Part shown: positions 12,477 to 24,241 of the stretch, piece by piece | Layout of the letters: each line of letters begins with the position of its first letter | Position numbering within the stretch: position 1 is the stretch's first letter | Assembly: GCF_000143415.4 (NCBI RefSeq) | Contig: NW_003314351.1 | Coordinates: 442,964 to 506,963, forward strand | DNA: 64,000 nucleotides | Direction: 5' to 3' | Source: Selaginella moellendorffii | Lineage: Eukaryota > Plantae > Lycopodiophyta | Position numbers and translations under genes: made by a program | The notes under the pieces: generated by a model | What the model saw: the letters and a program-made list of their open reading frames with translations, nothing else | What the model was told of the DNA's origin: nothing | The model's database searches: none

Positions 12477-13070
12477 ATGGCGGGGAGAAGCTCACTTCTC
12501 ATGAATGTGGCAGTGATGCTTGTGATTCTTCTGGTTTTGGTGCTGGAACCCAATGTCGCCAGCGGCAATAGATTGTTGCCAGCGAAACATGTCATCAGGT
12601 ATCATGAGGATCATAGCTTTGGAGTGGAAATCCCTGGTTTGATCAAATCGGAGCAGGCGACAGGGAGACGACAAACGCTAGAGCATAACTCTCCAGCAGA
12701 ATCTCGTCCCAAGTTCTTGGAGAAGACGCTATCTCCGGATGATCTCGAAATCACGGCACCAGCGGCTTCTCCGGATCACGCAGGTGTTGTCCAGAATGCA
12801 AATCTAGACGCTGTCGTGTCTCACAGCCCAGGCGAGAAGATCGCAATTGTGGTTGTGATCGTGTTCTTCGTGGCTTCGATCGGGGCGCTGGTGCTCTACG
12901 TGTGCAAGACGAAGAAATACATTGAGCACCGGCGGGCGGCGTCGCTGGCGAGATCGATCGAGCAGGGATTTGGTCCCAGGAGCATAGCTCAAGCATCCAC
13001 GTCCTCCTCGTTGTCGCCATCGTCCCCTGGATCATACTCTCCACCGCATCCACAACTATCAAGTTCGTGA
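12477..13070 (+). CDS. Small type-I single-pass membrane protein of unknown function
   Basis: Intronless ORF with a hydrophobic signal peptide (VAVMLVILLVLVL), polar ectodomain, TM helix IAIVVVIVFFVASIGALVLYVC followed by basic KTKK and a Ser/Pro-rich tail. Confidence 0.7.
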   Translation: MAGRSSLLMNVAVMLVILLVLVLEPNVASGNRLLPAKHVIRYHEDHSFGVEIPGLIKSEQATGRRQTLEHNSPAESRPKFLEKTLSPDDLEITAPAASPDHAGVVQNANLDAVVSHSPGEKIAIVVVIVFFVASIGALVLYVCKTKKYIEHRRAASLARSIEQGFGPRSIAQASTSSSLSPSSPGSYSPPHPQLSSS

Positions 13071-13404
13071 TCCATGGGCTAGAATTATATCTATCGGGGA
13101 GATCCATGAGCTCGCTAGATCTATCGATCGATCGATCGATCGGGATCGGGGAAGAAAATCTGGTACTGTTGCTGTGAATTTTTTTCTTTTCTTCGCCGCC
13201 ACGATTTGCAAGATTTTGCTTATCGACGGTTCAAGGAGTTGTTAATAATAATGTTGCAAACCCTAAGGGCAAACGTGGCAGGGAATCTTGCTTAAATTAT
13301 CCACCTAAAAGCAGAGGGTCTTGTGTGCGAAGCTTTGTAGCGGCCGGACATAAAATCTCGCGCCAAAAAACTGGGAGCCTTAGGGTTGCTAGGGCGAAGC
13401 GGCG

Positions 13405-16400
13405 ATGGCGGGCGGCAAAAGGGGCAGCAAGAGGCAAGGTATGGTTTCGCCCCCTTTCCTCGTCCACAGCAATGGATCGGCGTGCTTGTCCTGGCAGCAT
13501 GGAGCGAGAGCGAGGATGAAGATTATCGCGCAGAAGACGATGGTGAGTTAATTTCTGTTTCCTTTTCTCCGTTTCACTTGTAGCTCACGATCCGCGCCAT
13601 GCAGCTAGCGGCAGCCATTCCGACGGCGAGTCCGTCGAATCGCATCGATCTGAGAAGATGGACCCATCAGAGGAGAGCTTCCAAAACGCCGAGACCAGTG
13701 ACGAAGAAGAGGCCAGTGATATCAGTGCTCCGGGCAAAGTAAAAATGGAGGAAGATGTGGACGTCAAGCCACTCTCTGTTGCCACAGCACCGCCGTTTCC
13801 AACGGTAATAGCTCCAAAGCGACGGTATGGCACCAGAGACGAGTTCGAGGACTGGACGGGGCCAAGCAGAAGGAAGAAAGCGAAAAAGAGCAAGAACGCT
13901 GTGCAAGACGAGGATGACGACGACAACTATGATCCCGCCACCGAGAACTTGGAATGGAAGCAGTGGGCTCGAGAGTTGGAGACGGATATAGTGAAGATAG
14001 GGAAATGCAGCAGATGGGGTGACGACGACATGGAAGAGGATCAGCCGAAGAAGAAAGTCCTGGCGCAGCACGAGACGCCATCGGAGCTCGTGTTTCCACT
14101 GCTGCCGTTTCAAGGGGAGTTTCTAACGTGGAGTTTGTCGCGGGAGGAGTCAAACATGCGGGGTGGTGTTCTTGCCGACGAGATGGGGATGGGAAAAACT
14201 ATCCAGGCCATCTCACTCATCATTGCAGGCAGAACAGCAGGACACGGGCACGACCCGAATGCTCCTGATGCGAAAAATCTCAACACGACTCTGGTGGTTT
14301 GTCCGGTGGTGGCAATCGAGCAGTGGAAGAGTGAGATAGAACGGTTCACCAAGGAAGGGACTTTGAAGGTGCTTATCTACCATGGAAACCGGAAGCATAT
14401 AACTGTCAAGGAGTTGGCCAAGCACGACGTGGTTTTGACGACGTATTCGATTATCGAGCACGACTATCGCAAGATCCTGCCCGACAAGCTGAGGTGCAAA
14501 TGGTGCCAGAAAGCTTACTCCGCGCAAGGGTTGGCGAAGCATTACAAGTATCACTGTGGACCCGAGGCCAAAAAGAGTGCGGCGCAATCCAAGCAGAAGA
14601 AGGGAAAAAAAAAGGAAGTGAAGAAGGCGGTGAATCAGAGGAAAGGGAGTGCGGCCAAAGATGATTTTTCGCTTCTGCATTCCGTGAAATGGGTGCGAAT
14701 TATCCTCGATGAGGTATGATACGTCCCAACTCTAGCGTGTGACTCTACCATACGGATTTCAGGCACACACGATAAAGGATAGAGCCTCCAATACTGCCAA
14801 GTCGGTGTTTGCACTGCAGTCTTGTTACAAGTGGGGCTTAAGTGGTACACCGCTGCAGAATCGCGTTGGCGAACTTTATTCACTTGTAAGGATATTTCAC
14901 GGTTGTTTTTTTCTTGGCTTGACTTTTTTTTTCCTTTTATCTGCAGGTTCGTTATTTGGAAATAAATCCTTATGCGTATTTTTTCTGTAAGAAGTGTGAC
15001 TGTAAATCGCTCGAATACTCGTAAGTTTCGATGTGTTGTTTTCTCTCGGATGTTGATGTTCTGTTGTAGGGCGACAATGTGCGATAAGTGTGAGCACGCC
15101 AGCACACTTCATTTTTGTTGGTGGAACAAAGTAAGTTTTGCCTGTATTATGGACACATTTGAACCGCTTGTTCTTTGCAGTTTATTGCTCAACCTATTTC
15201 AAGGTTCGGATTTCAACAGGGAGGTGGGAAATCTATGAAGTTACTGAGGCAAAAGCTGCTGGATGAAATGCTCCTGCGGCGGACCAAAATCGAACGTGCA
15301 GCAGACCTCTCTATGCCTCCAAAACTGGTGGGACTTCTCTTAATGTGTTTGTTTGATGAACTTCATTCTAAATGCGCTCTGGCCTGCAGTCGTTCGTGCG
15401 GAAGGTAGTTTTCGATGCCAAAGAGGATGATTATTATCAGTCTTTATACTCACAGAGCAAATCCGTCTTTAACACGTAAGTCTTAGATCTTTTCTAAACG
15501 ACGAGTTGACAATGCCGGGCTCCAGATACGTGAAAGAAGGATCTGTTCTCAACAACTATGGTCACATATTTGACCTGCTTACCAGATTACGCCAGGCAGT
15601 GGACCATCCTTACCTTGTCGTTCATTCTGCTACTGGCGCGTCGGGAGTATCTGTGACTACTCCTCTCTGTGTAATTTGTGACGAGGACTGCATTGATCCT
15701 GTGGTATGTAGTATTTTCTCCTTGGCAGCTCACTTCAACAATGTCTGCAGTCTGCAAAATGCAAGGACACGTTTTGTCGATCATGTTTGGAGAATTTACT
15801 GTCGGAAGGCTCCGAGGACACCAAGATAGCTTGCCCAAGATGCGAGACGCCTCTCACGGTTGATGCCAAGAGCTCAAAGGTTGTTGGAAAGAAGTTAACA
15901 GGCTATAGAAAAGGGAGCATCATCAACAGACTGGATTTGAATGATTTCGTTACAAGCACCAAAATCGAGGCTCTGGTGAGTAGCTGAACAAACCCACAGT
16001 TTCCTTGATCCTCATTGCCGATCGCAGAAGGAGGAAGTGAAGAAGATGATCTCGAAGGATACATCTGCCAAGGGTCTGGTATTCAGCCAGTTTACGTCAA
16101 TGCTGGACTTGATTGGATACTCTTTCGAACTCGTAAGTTCTAGCTCTGCCTTTGGAAGCTCTTTTTACTAGCCAGTTTTCTCATGCAGGCTGGAGTCAAA
16201 TGTGTAAAACTCGATGGTGGCATGTCCTTGTCTCAGCGAAGCACTGCCATTGACACATTTAGGAACGACCCAGAGTGTAAGCTCTTCCTCATGAGTCTCA
16301 AGGCCGGCGGCGTGGCGCTCAATCTAACTGTAGCATCATACGTAAGCTTCTTCTTGGCTTGTGCTGCGAGCTTAACGAACGTATCCTTTTTTGTTTTTGC

Positions 16401-16756
16401 AGATTTTTTTGATGGACCCGTGGTGGAATCCAGCAGTGGAGCATCAAGCTCAAGACAGAATCCACCGCATAGGCCAATACAAGCCCATCAGGTAGGCATT
16501 CTTAAGGAAGAGGTGTTCCAGCAACTAAACCTTCGTTTTAAATCCAGGGTGACTAGATTCGTTATCGAGAATTCTGTGGAAGAACGCATTCTCAAACTAC
16601 AGGAGAAGAAGCAGCTGGTTTTTGAAGGGTAAGTCATCATAGTTTCATAGTATCGAGAATGATTATCGAATACTTTTGCACAGGACTGTTGGTGGTTCTG
16701 AGCAAGCGCTAGGCAAGTTAACCGAACAAGACCTTCGATTTCTTTTCGCAACCTGA
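13405..16756 (+). CDS. RAD16: RAD16/RAD5-like SNF2-family ATPase with inserted RING finger, multi-exon
   Basis: [32 protein letters not shown]|[41 protein letters not shown]...C..FC..C...[17 protein letters not shown]-terminal [10 protein letters not shown]. Confidence 0.92.
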
Positions 16757-16782
16757 GGACAAATCGATCCAAGCGTTCTTGT

Positions 16783-16802
16783 ACACACACACACACACAC
16801 AC
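16783..16802. repeat. (CA)n microsatellite
   Basis: Seen directly, between the convergent RAD16 and CCC 3' ends. Confidence 0.9.
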
Positions 16803-16900
16803 GTGATACACGTGAATTTTCTAACAAGATATACCGCTCCATCATAAGACTATCTCGCTTGACCCATTTATGTATGTATAGAATCCGCAAAATCTTTCTT

Positions 16901-19900
16901 TCATCCGCTCCAGAGCTCGGTCCCTGTTCCCCTCACAAGCACCACCCTTTGCAGTCCCTGCGTGAGCTCCTCGCAATACTCCATATACCTCCACGGCTCC
17001 ATTCCCTCGTAGTGATCCGGGAGATTGAGCAAGACGAGCTGCGCTGACTTGGATTGCTCCACGATAATCTCGTTTAGCTTCTTGGCCGAGTAGCTCTGGC
17101 TGAAAGTATGCCAGGTTCTCTTCATCGGCACCACGTTGATGTCGGGAGTGCTCCCCAGGAGCAGCGGCGAGCCGTGGAAGAGCTGGCCTTCGCTTGCAGT
17201 GCGGAACATCTTTCCTTCCCTGATTGGAGGCAGCTGTCCCGCGCTCTTGGCCCTGAAGATGTTTCGTCTTGCCTTCTCCTGTGCGAACTCGGAAGCCACC
17301 CCTTCCACTACGATCTCCAAGTCCGACTTGCTCTCTTCCTGTTCGTCATCACCCCCAGCAGCAGCATTGTGATTGTCGTGCTCTTCTTTGGAGAAACTCT
17401 CCGCCTTCTCCTCTGTCGCAACTTGCTGGTTGGCTGTCGAGCTCTCTGGCTCATCGTCATGCACAGACTCCGGCGACGCTTGACCCTCTACGGAGTGTGC
17501 TTTGGATGAGCGCTGAGCCCATCGAGGACGCCGGCTGATTGGTGAGGCGCCACGCAGCAAACTTAGCTCGCCAGGGAAGGCCCTCTTGAAAAACTTCTGC
17601 AGGGCCTTGTAGTTCCCACCTTTCCCGGGCTTGGTCTCCCTCTCGGCCCGTTTCCTGTGCGTCCAAACGAAATGTAACAAATAACGAAACCCAAGGAACA
17701 GCTTACCGAAACTGGGCAACTTCATTTGCATACGCCAGTGCCTCCTCCATGCGTATCGTGTTGTCAAATGTATAAGGAGCCAAATCCGCGTCCTCGAGCT
17801 CGAGAACTTCCACATCAGCTACAATGCGAACCTGAAAGTGAAATATGTTGAACTCTTGCACCGTATATGAGAATGCCATACCTTATCCAAAAGCTTGCGC
17901 AGATTGTTCTTGACCTCCTCTGAGTTGTCAAGTCTTTCCGCAACAGTGTGTACTCGCAATTTACATTTCCGCCAGACCTTATGCTGGTTTATCAAATGGG
18001 CCAGCATCAGTAGAAGGCCACCATCGTGGACAATCCACCAAACGTCAATGTTCCCCTCCTGCGTGCTTCCGTTGCTAGGGAACACATCCAAATGCATACA
18101 GAGCACCACTGCTTTATCTACAGCTCTGCATTCTCCCAAAGTTTCCAAGAGCACCTGCTTGAAAAAAAACCCATTCGTCTATCTTCCAGACTTGACACAA
18201 AGCAACATACCTCAGCACTGTTTTTCTCTTCTCCGTCTCGCCAGTTTTTTGGCCATCCCAGGAGCAATGTATTTGGTTCTAACGATCCCAAACCAGATGA
18301 TTGAATCGCGTAAGTTTTCCCCTCGCGGTAAGACGGCGCGACAAAAACGCGAGAAAAGCCAGTAACTTGAGCAGCTTGCATACAATTCTCAAGCTCTACC
18401 TGCAGTGAAAATAATTTCCGGTGTAGAGAGAACAGAAACAAGCATGTGATACATACGCTTTCTGCTGTTATTTGTGGCATCATATCCTCAAGTTTTCCTT
18501 CAAGAACGACACTAACGACGCATAAACCTTTACCCTGTTAAGGAAGACTTCAGAACACTCAAGTCTTCGTGACATGGTCAGTTACCTTTTTCAGCTGAGA
18601 TGCGAAGGATAAAAGTTCGTGCCCAGCATGAGCATCAGCGGACCACGAAGATCGTGGTTTAGAAAGGCATAAAAGCTGCGGTCTCCAATTGACCGTGTAC
18701 CGAGCCTCGCGACCGACAGACAAAATGCTCTGGACCGCCAATTGCCATCTTAATCCTCCTAATCCAGTTCCCCAGTCAACCTCAACCTGGAAGTAAGAAA
18801 CGAATTAGAGGCCTGCAATTTACCAAGACGTTCACTTATGAGTACCTGGCGGTAGTCTATGTACCCGTAAATAATCCCCACCACCACCATGGCAGCTAAA
18901 GCCCAATACCAGACTATAAAAAAGTTCATTGCGGAGCACAGGAAAAATCCTAGAAGAGCGAAGAACCAGTGGTAGTGTTTCCATTTCGGTCTCCAGCTGA
19001 AATGACGCCGAATAAGGCCTTTGAACTTTATAAGTGAAAGGGACGGGACATACCTTGGTGCTTGCATGATCGACAGTATGAAACACGAGAGGTTCAGTGC
19101 CGCGTAACAAGTAAGAAAACATATCGAAACTAGAGGGGCAATCTTGTCCAAACTTCCGATCATAGCAGCCATCATACACAGTATAGTAGTAAAGATCAGC
19201 GCCCTTCGGGGTTCGCCATTTTCTGTGGTAGAAGATAACCGATTCAGGAAAGGAATGATCCGGTCTCCAGCGATGGCCTGAAAGATCAAACGATCAGAAA
19301 GAAGGAACCAACAAGTCGTTGCCAGCAAAAAGAACTGACCTGGAGTAGACGAGGCGAGGTGATTAAGCATTGCAAAGCTTGTGCTAGCGAGGCAATGATA
19401 ATACCCAGCTGCGTCAATATTGGCAAGGGAAAGGCGACGTCTTTCATCGCCTGCAACCTTCCCTCTCCAGAATGCACGCGTCCAACATCCTGCCCGAGTA
19501 AGTACTTTCGGGTTCCAACAGCAGCCCACAAACCCAGATACGATGTGTAGATTATAAAGCTGATCACGATCGCTCCAAGAGTTCCAGACGGAATGGATCT
19601 CTCCGGCTGCCAGAGATTTTTTGCTCTATCTGCACCACTGTCAAGAACAGATGACATTAAGTTACAACAAGAGTTTTCACTTGAGAAAGCGGTTACCTGA
19701 GAATTCCAGTGAAGCATGGAAAGAAAATCGATAAAACGACTGAAAATGAAACACCAGGTTCATATCCTGGACCCCAGTTACTTTTGAATGTTTTCCACGA
19801 AAGTCCAGTTAAGCTGGGAGGTACATTTCCATTAGGCGCCGTAAACAAACCAAGGTAATACGACAGCATGGTATAAAGCACAACGAGGAAAAACGCAATG

Positions 19901-20851
19901 CCTAGCTTGGAAACAAATTTGATCCCAAAATAGACCTGTCAACACAAGAGAACCACGCAGTTCAGTGAAATCATTTGAGTCATGCCACAAGAACGAAATG
20001 AACCGAAAACAAAACTATTCCTACCAGTAGTCCAAGAGCAAAGAGTATGATCAGACCAATGATCCGATTTGCAGACGGAAAGCGAAATGCTGAGAAGGTA
20101 AATTCCAACATCTCCACGGCACCGAGTGCCTGCACAAAGACGGAAGCATAGCATTTATGAAGATCACGATTCACTGTAAGCTTGGAGTTCAGACCGACTT
20201 ACTTCGAGAACTGCAAGAAGCATTACTCCGATGTAGTACAGGCATCCAACTGCGCCTCCAAACTTAGGACCCAGCGCTCTCGATATCAGATAGCTGCCAG
20301 CCAACAGAAGAATGACTTTTAACTTCACGAGAACTCGACGACTTACTATGTGCCACCTTCTTCTATGGGACCATTTGTAGCGACAGCACTCAACGACATG
20401 GTTGTCAACAGCGCGCAGAGGAAGGAGATGATGGCCACCAAGAAGGATTGCCATACTCCAGCATTCCCAACGATGTAGAAGAACCTCAAGAAAATCAAAA
20501 CTCCTGAAAGCACACACGGGCAAATTGTGTGAGAATTGACAAAGAAAAGGAGATGGAAACCGGGAGCAGCTTACCCCACATATTTTCACAAGTCGGGATG
20601 AGCACACCAGCGTAAGTCCCGAGCCCGTCCTGGTCTTTTCTGCGGAACTTTCTCCATAAAGCTGTAAGGAAGCCGGGCTTCTCCTCCTCCTTGGTGTACG
20701 GTGGCGAGTTCTCTCTCATCTCTTGCTTAAACTCGGCCGTCCTCTGCAACGATTCCGTGGATGACGCCCTGGACGCGACCTTGTGTGAGTTGAAGCAAGA
20801 TTTCCCGGCAATGACCGGGCTGTCGGGCGGAAATGCTTGCGAGGATTCCAT
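16901..20851 (-). CDS. CCC: Cation-chloride cotransporter (SLC12/CCC), multi-exon
   Basis: LGTYAGVLIPTCENMWG, GGTYYLISRALGPKFGGAVG, FFPCFTGILSGADR, SIPSGTL, NWRPQLL, GLGSLEPNTLLLGWP, IDVWWIVHDGGLLL, LVLLNLP...VVLVRGTG. Confidence 0.93.
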
Positions 20852-22489
20852 CTTTCCTGAAAAAGCACCGACAAAACCTGTACAGCACAAGATCCAACGC
20901 ACGAATCAATCGATTTGCGAGCCATGCAACATAAATTCCCCAGCTCTAAGGCGCCATGCAAGCTGGCGGCATGGAAATTTTACCTCAAAAACCTCGACTG
21001 AGCGCAGGATTGCCGCTCGTGGCCTCGAATTCAAGAGAGCGCTCTAGAGAAGCAGCCGCTGGGGGGAGGAGAAAAGGGCGCAGGCAGCGCGGAGAATTAG
21101 GTAAAGGATTGCACAAACCGCCTCAATCGAACCGCATTCCAGAGCTGCGGCGCCCGGCGCCTCGATCCGATTGACGATCGCGTCGCGCGGCGATCCGAGA
21201 GAAGAGGCGCTCGCGATCCTATAATCTAGACGATGAATGTATGGCATGCAGAGCGCAAATAATCTCCCCCCTGTCCCTCTTCTCTCTCTCTTGTCTTGGA
21301 GCCAAGAAGGGGGAAAATGGAAAGGAGAGAAAAGAAAAAAAGAGGCACTATACAACAACACAAATCAAGTTAATATAAACAAGAACAGCATCAGATTTTG
21401 GGAACCAAAGCGTACGGAGTGGGCGGGAGTTTGAGTCGTGTATAAACGAGATTAGTTTTTTAGTGACGAGAAGATCCAACGCCGAAAACCGTTCCACGTG
21501 CCTTACTATTCTGGAATGCCCCGTTTACTTTTTGCCCGAATCTCATGCGAAGATTCGCATTGCGTCCAAGCTACAAGGTAGGTAAGCTGAGCTTGCAGTT
21601 TGATCACACCACAACAGTGCCTTGTTTGTAAACTTTACATTATAAGAGAAGGGGATCCGGGAATATAGTATTTCTTTCCTTGTTTCACCACCTACAACAT
21701 CGTGATTGATCGCTTCTATATGCATTCATTACATTGCCCATGTACATTTTCGAATCTCTCTTCCCTTTATTTTTTGAGTCTTGCTTTTCACCAACACTGT
21801 GAGCGTTGGAATCGATGTTTCCAGATCCCAAAGCGTTGTTGCGGTGTATGTGGGTGTAAATCAGCGCGGGTGGCATGGCTAGCTTGGCTGATCCATGGCG
21901 CAAAACACGTGTAATTTCCCTTTGGCCAACGTCATAGCGCCAAAAGGGGATGGGTCCCGTTTCCGTTGACTTGAGCCGGCTGAGGTGGCGTCCATATCAT
22001 AGGCTGCCTCCTGCGTTGACTAACGTAGCTCCGTACGCCTCTCAACCTCAACGACAAAGGCAGAGCTCATGAGCTCATCCTACTCCACTTTATTTCCTCC
22101 TTGCTATAAACTTCCTTGACCGAGTTTCCCCATCAGAAGCCGGTTCATCCGCGAGATACTGTGACACAATCAAAGAAGACAGCTCTGTGTGTGTTCCATG
22201 CTCAAGATTGTCAATGGCGTTCGATGGGAACATCAAAGTTGGCGTAGCTAGCAAGAAGGGGATTATTTCCATTCTTCTTGGTGCAAGCCAATGTGTGTGG
22301 CATGACAGAGGAGCGTCTGTACAAAACCGTTTACCTTCCCCCCCAAGAGATCTGATGCGTTTTGAATGGAAGAATTTCTCTGGAGATATGATTCCTGTGA
22401 GTCTATCTATGTGATAGTGCTCCTCTCAAGCATCCACTTCGCTGAAGTTAGCTGGAGCCTATTGGGCAAGAGAAGGTAAGAGATGACCC

Positions 22490-23960
22490 TGCAGCCCGGA
22501 CAGAACGGCATGCTTTCCACGAGCTCAACCTTGGAACAGTACGTAGTGATTTTCCAGTGGGGCAAACCCAAAGTCGCTGCAGATACAAGCGAATCAAGTG
22601 ACGCTCAAGTCCATGAGCCTGATATGGCTGTCGCCTTCGGAAGCAACGAAATGCCTCTCAGGGATACCCCCTTTGGGCATATGCAGCAACAACATTTTTC
22701 ACAACTCCTCGTCCTTCCTGAGCATTTCGCGAATGAGGATTCTAGCTTATTCAAGGCAGCCATCCCGGTCATATGCCCCTACCATGGTAGACCACGACGC
22801 AGCGCCCCTGTAACTAGTACAATCAGACCCTTCCATATCCCCACTCTGGGCATGTTCGTCGCGGTGTCGTCTTTCCTAGTGACCATTCGAAACCGTGACA
22901 TGCCGCCCCTCGCGGGCATCTTTCCAAAGCTTCAGGAGATGCGTATGATGCCCGAATCCAGGTGGCAGCACCCTCTTCAATCATGGCCATCCAGGTGGCA
23001 GGCACCCGCACGGGAATCTTTCCAAATGAGACGTCGCTTTTGGGCAGGCATTTTGCCTGGGCGAGGCAGGCGTGGTCGCAGGAGGCCCAAGAGATCTCCA
23101 AAGAGAAGCTTAGTTTGATAGGCGGAAGAGGCGTAGCTCCTCACGATTGTGTTCCTGTTCCGACACGGCATCAGCTCAATTGCTCAAAGGCAGGCCTTGC
23201 GTCGGCCACCCTCTCACCGCACGACGTGAATGCGGCAAATCATCGTGTTCCACACGGATGATCTTTCTGGCCGAAGCACATCGACATCGGCGCAGCGGCA
23301 TTTTGAGAAAGAAGGGCGTGGGGTCGTTGAGATGGCCGTGCTGCGCGTCATCGGCGTCCGCGTCAGTGAAGGGCATGCCATCGAAGACAAGCTTGGCGTG
23401 ATCGAGCTCCCCTGCCGAGCAAATGCAGAAAGGATGGAGTTCCACGCATCAAATCACGCCGCCTTTGATCGCCGGGATCGCCGTTCGCTGCAAAGCCCAC
23501 ACCACGTCCCAGCGGCAGACAGGTTTCCCCGTTTGGGCATATGCCATCAGCATCACCGCGTCTTTGTACGGCATTGAGTGGTACAGCTGCTCTCTGCGAA
23601 TATGCGTTACTTTGGATTGATGATTCGCCATCAGGCGCGACGCCGCGAGTGTGTCCCCCCATTTTGCGCGTACGTCTTGATCACGAGGTCCCACGAAACA
23701 TGGCTGCGCCGAGGAGCCGCATCGAACAGGCCAACGGAGCGTGGAACAAGATCCACAATTTCGTACGGCGCCACGTCATTGCTGTCGCGCGACTCGTGGA
23801 CTTCTCCCGTTTGCGTGCACGCCGCGGCCAGGATGTTTCATGACATGCTGCGCAATTCCATCAGACACTCGCCCAAGCTCGCGCCCCGTACATGAGGAAA
23901 ACGTGATTTTGCGATGAAATCGCTGATCTGCCGGCTCGAGGAGAGGATATGAGCCTGGAC
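22490..23960 (-). pseudogene. Decayed tandem copy of the adjacent PPR gene
   Basis: Collinear matches to 24400-26810, e.g. aacggcatgctttccacgagctc (~22504 vs ~24414) and gccggctcgaggagaggat (~23930 vs ~26776). No continuous ORF and many deletions. Confidence 0.88.
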
Positions 23961-24241
23961 CTGGTGATCCTGTATGAGATCGAGATTTCTCTCGGTGATC
24001 TCATCCCTGGAATGAGACGCTGGATCCTCCCAACTTCCGCTCGCTCCAGGGGCAACAACAAAGAAAAATGCTTCCTCACTTTTCTTATGTATATGTCAAT
24101 GACAGAGGAGCGTTTGAACAAAATTCCACTCGAAAGATCTGATATCAAAACCTTTTTCCTCTTCCTAGTGGCAGAGTTTCCCTGTTGTTTGTGTTTGTGT
24201 GCTCATCAAATAGGATTCTGCAATCCCACAAGATCTCCACT

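Noticed and set aside
12815-12840. HSPG string resembling the end of a CEP peptide
   Set aside because: The rest of the CEP motif is absent and it directly precedes a TM helix.
13543-13583. Apparent 41-nt intron in RAD16
   Set aside because: An in-frame alternative acceptor at 13604 gives an ordinary 62-nt intron, so the short size is not forced.
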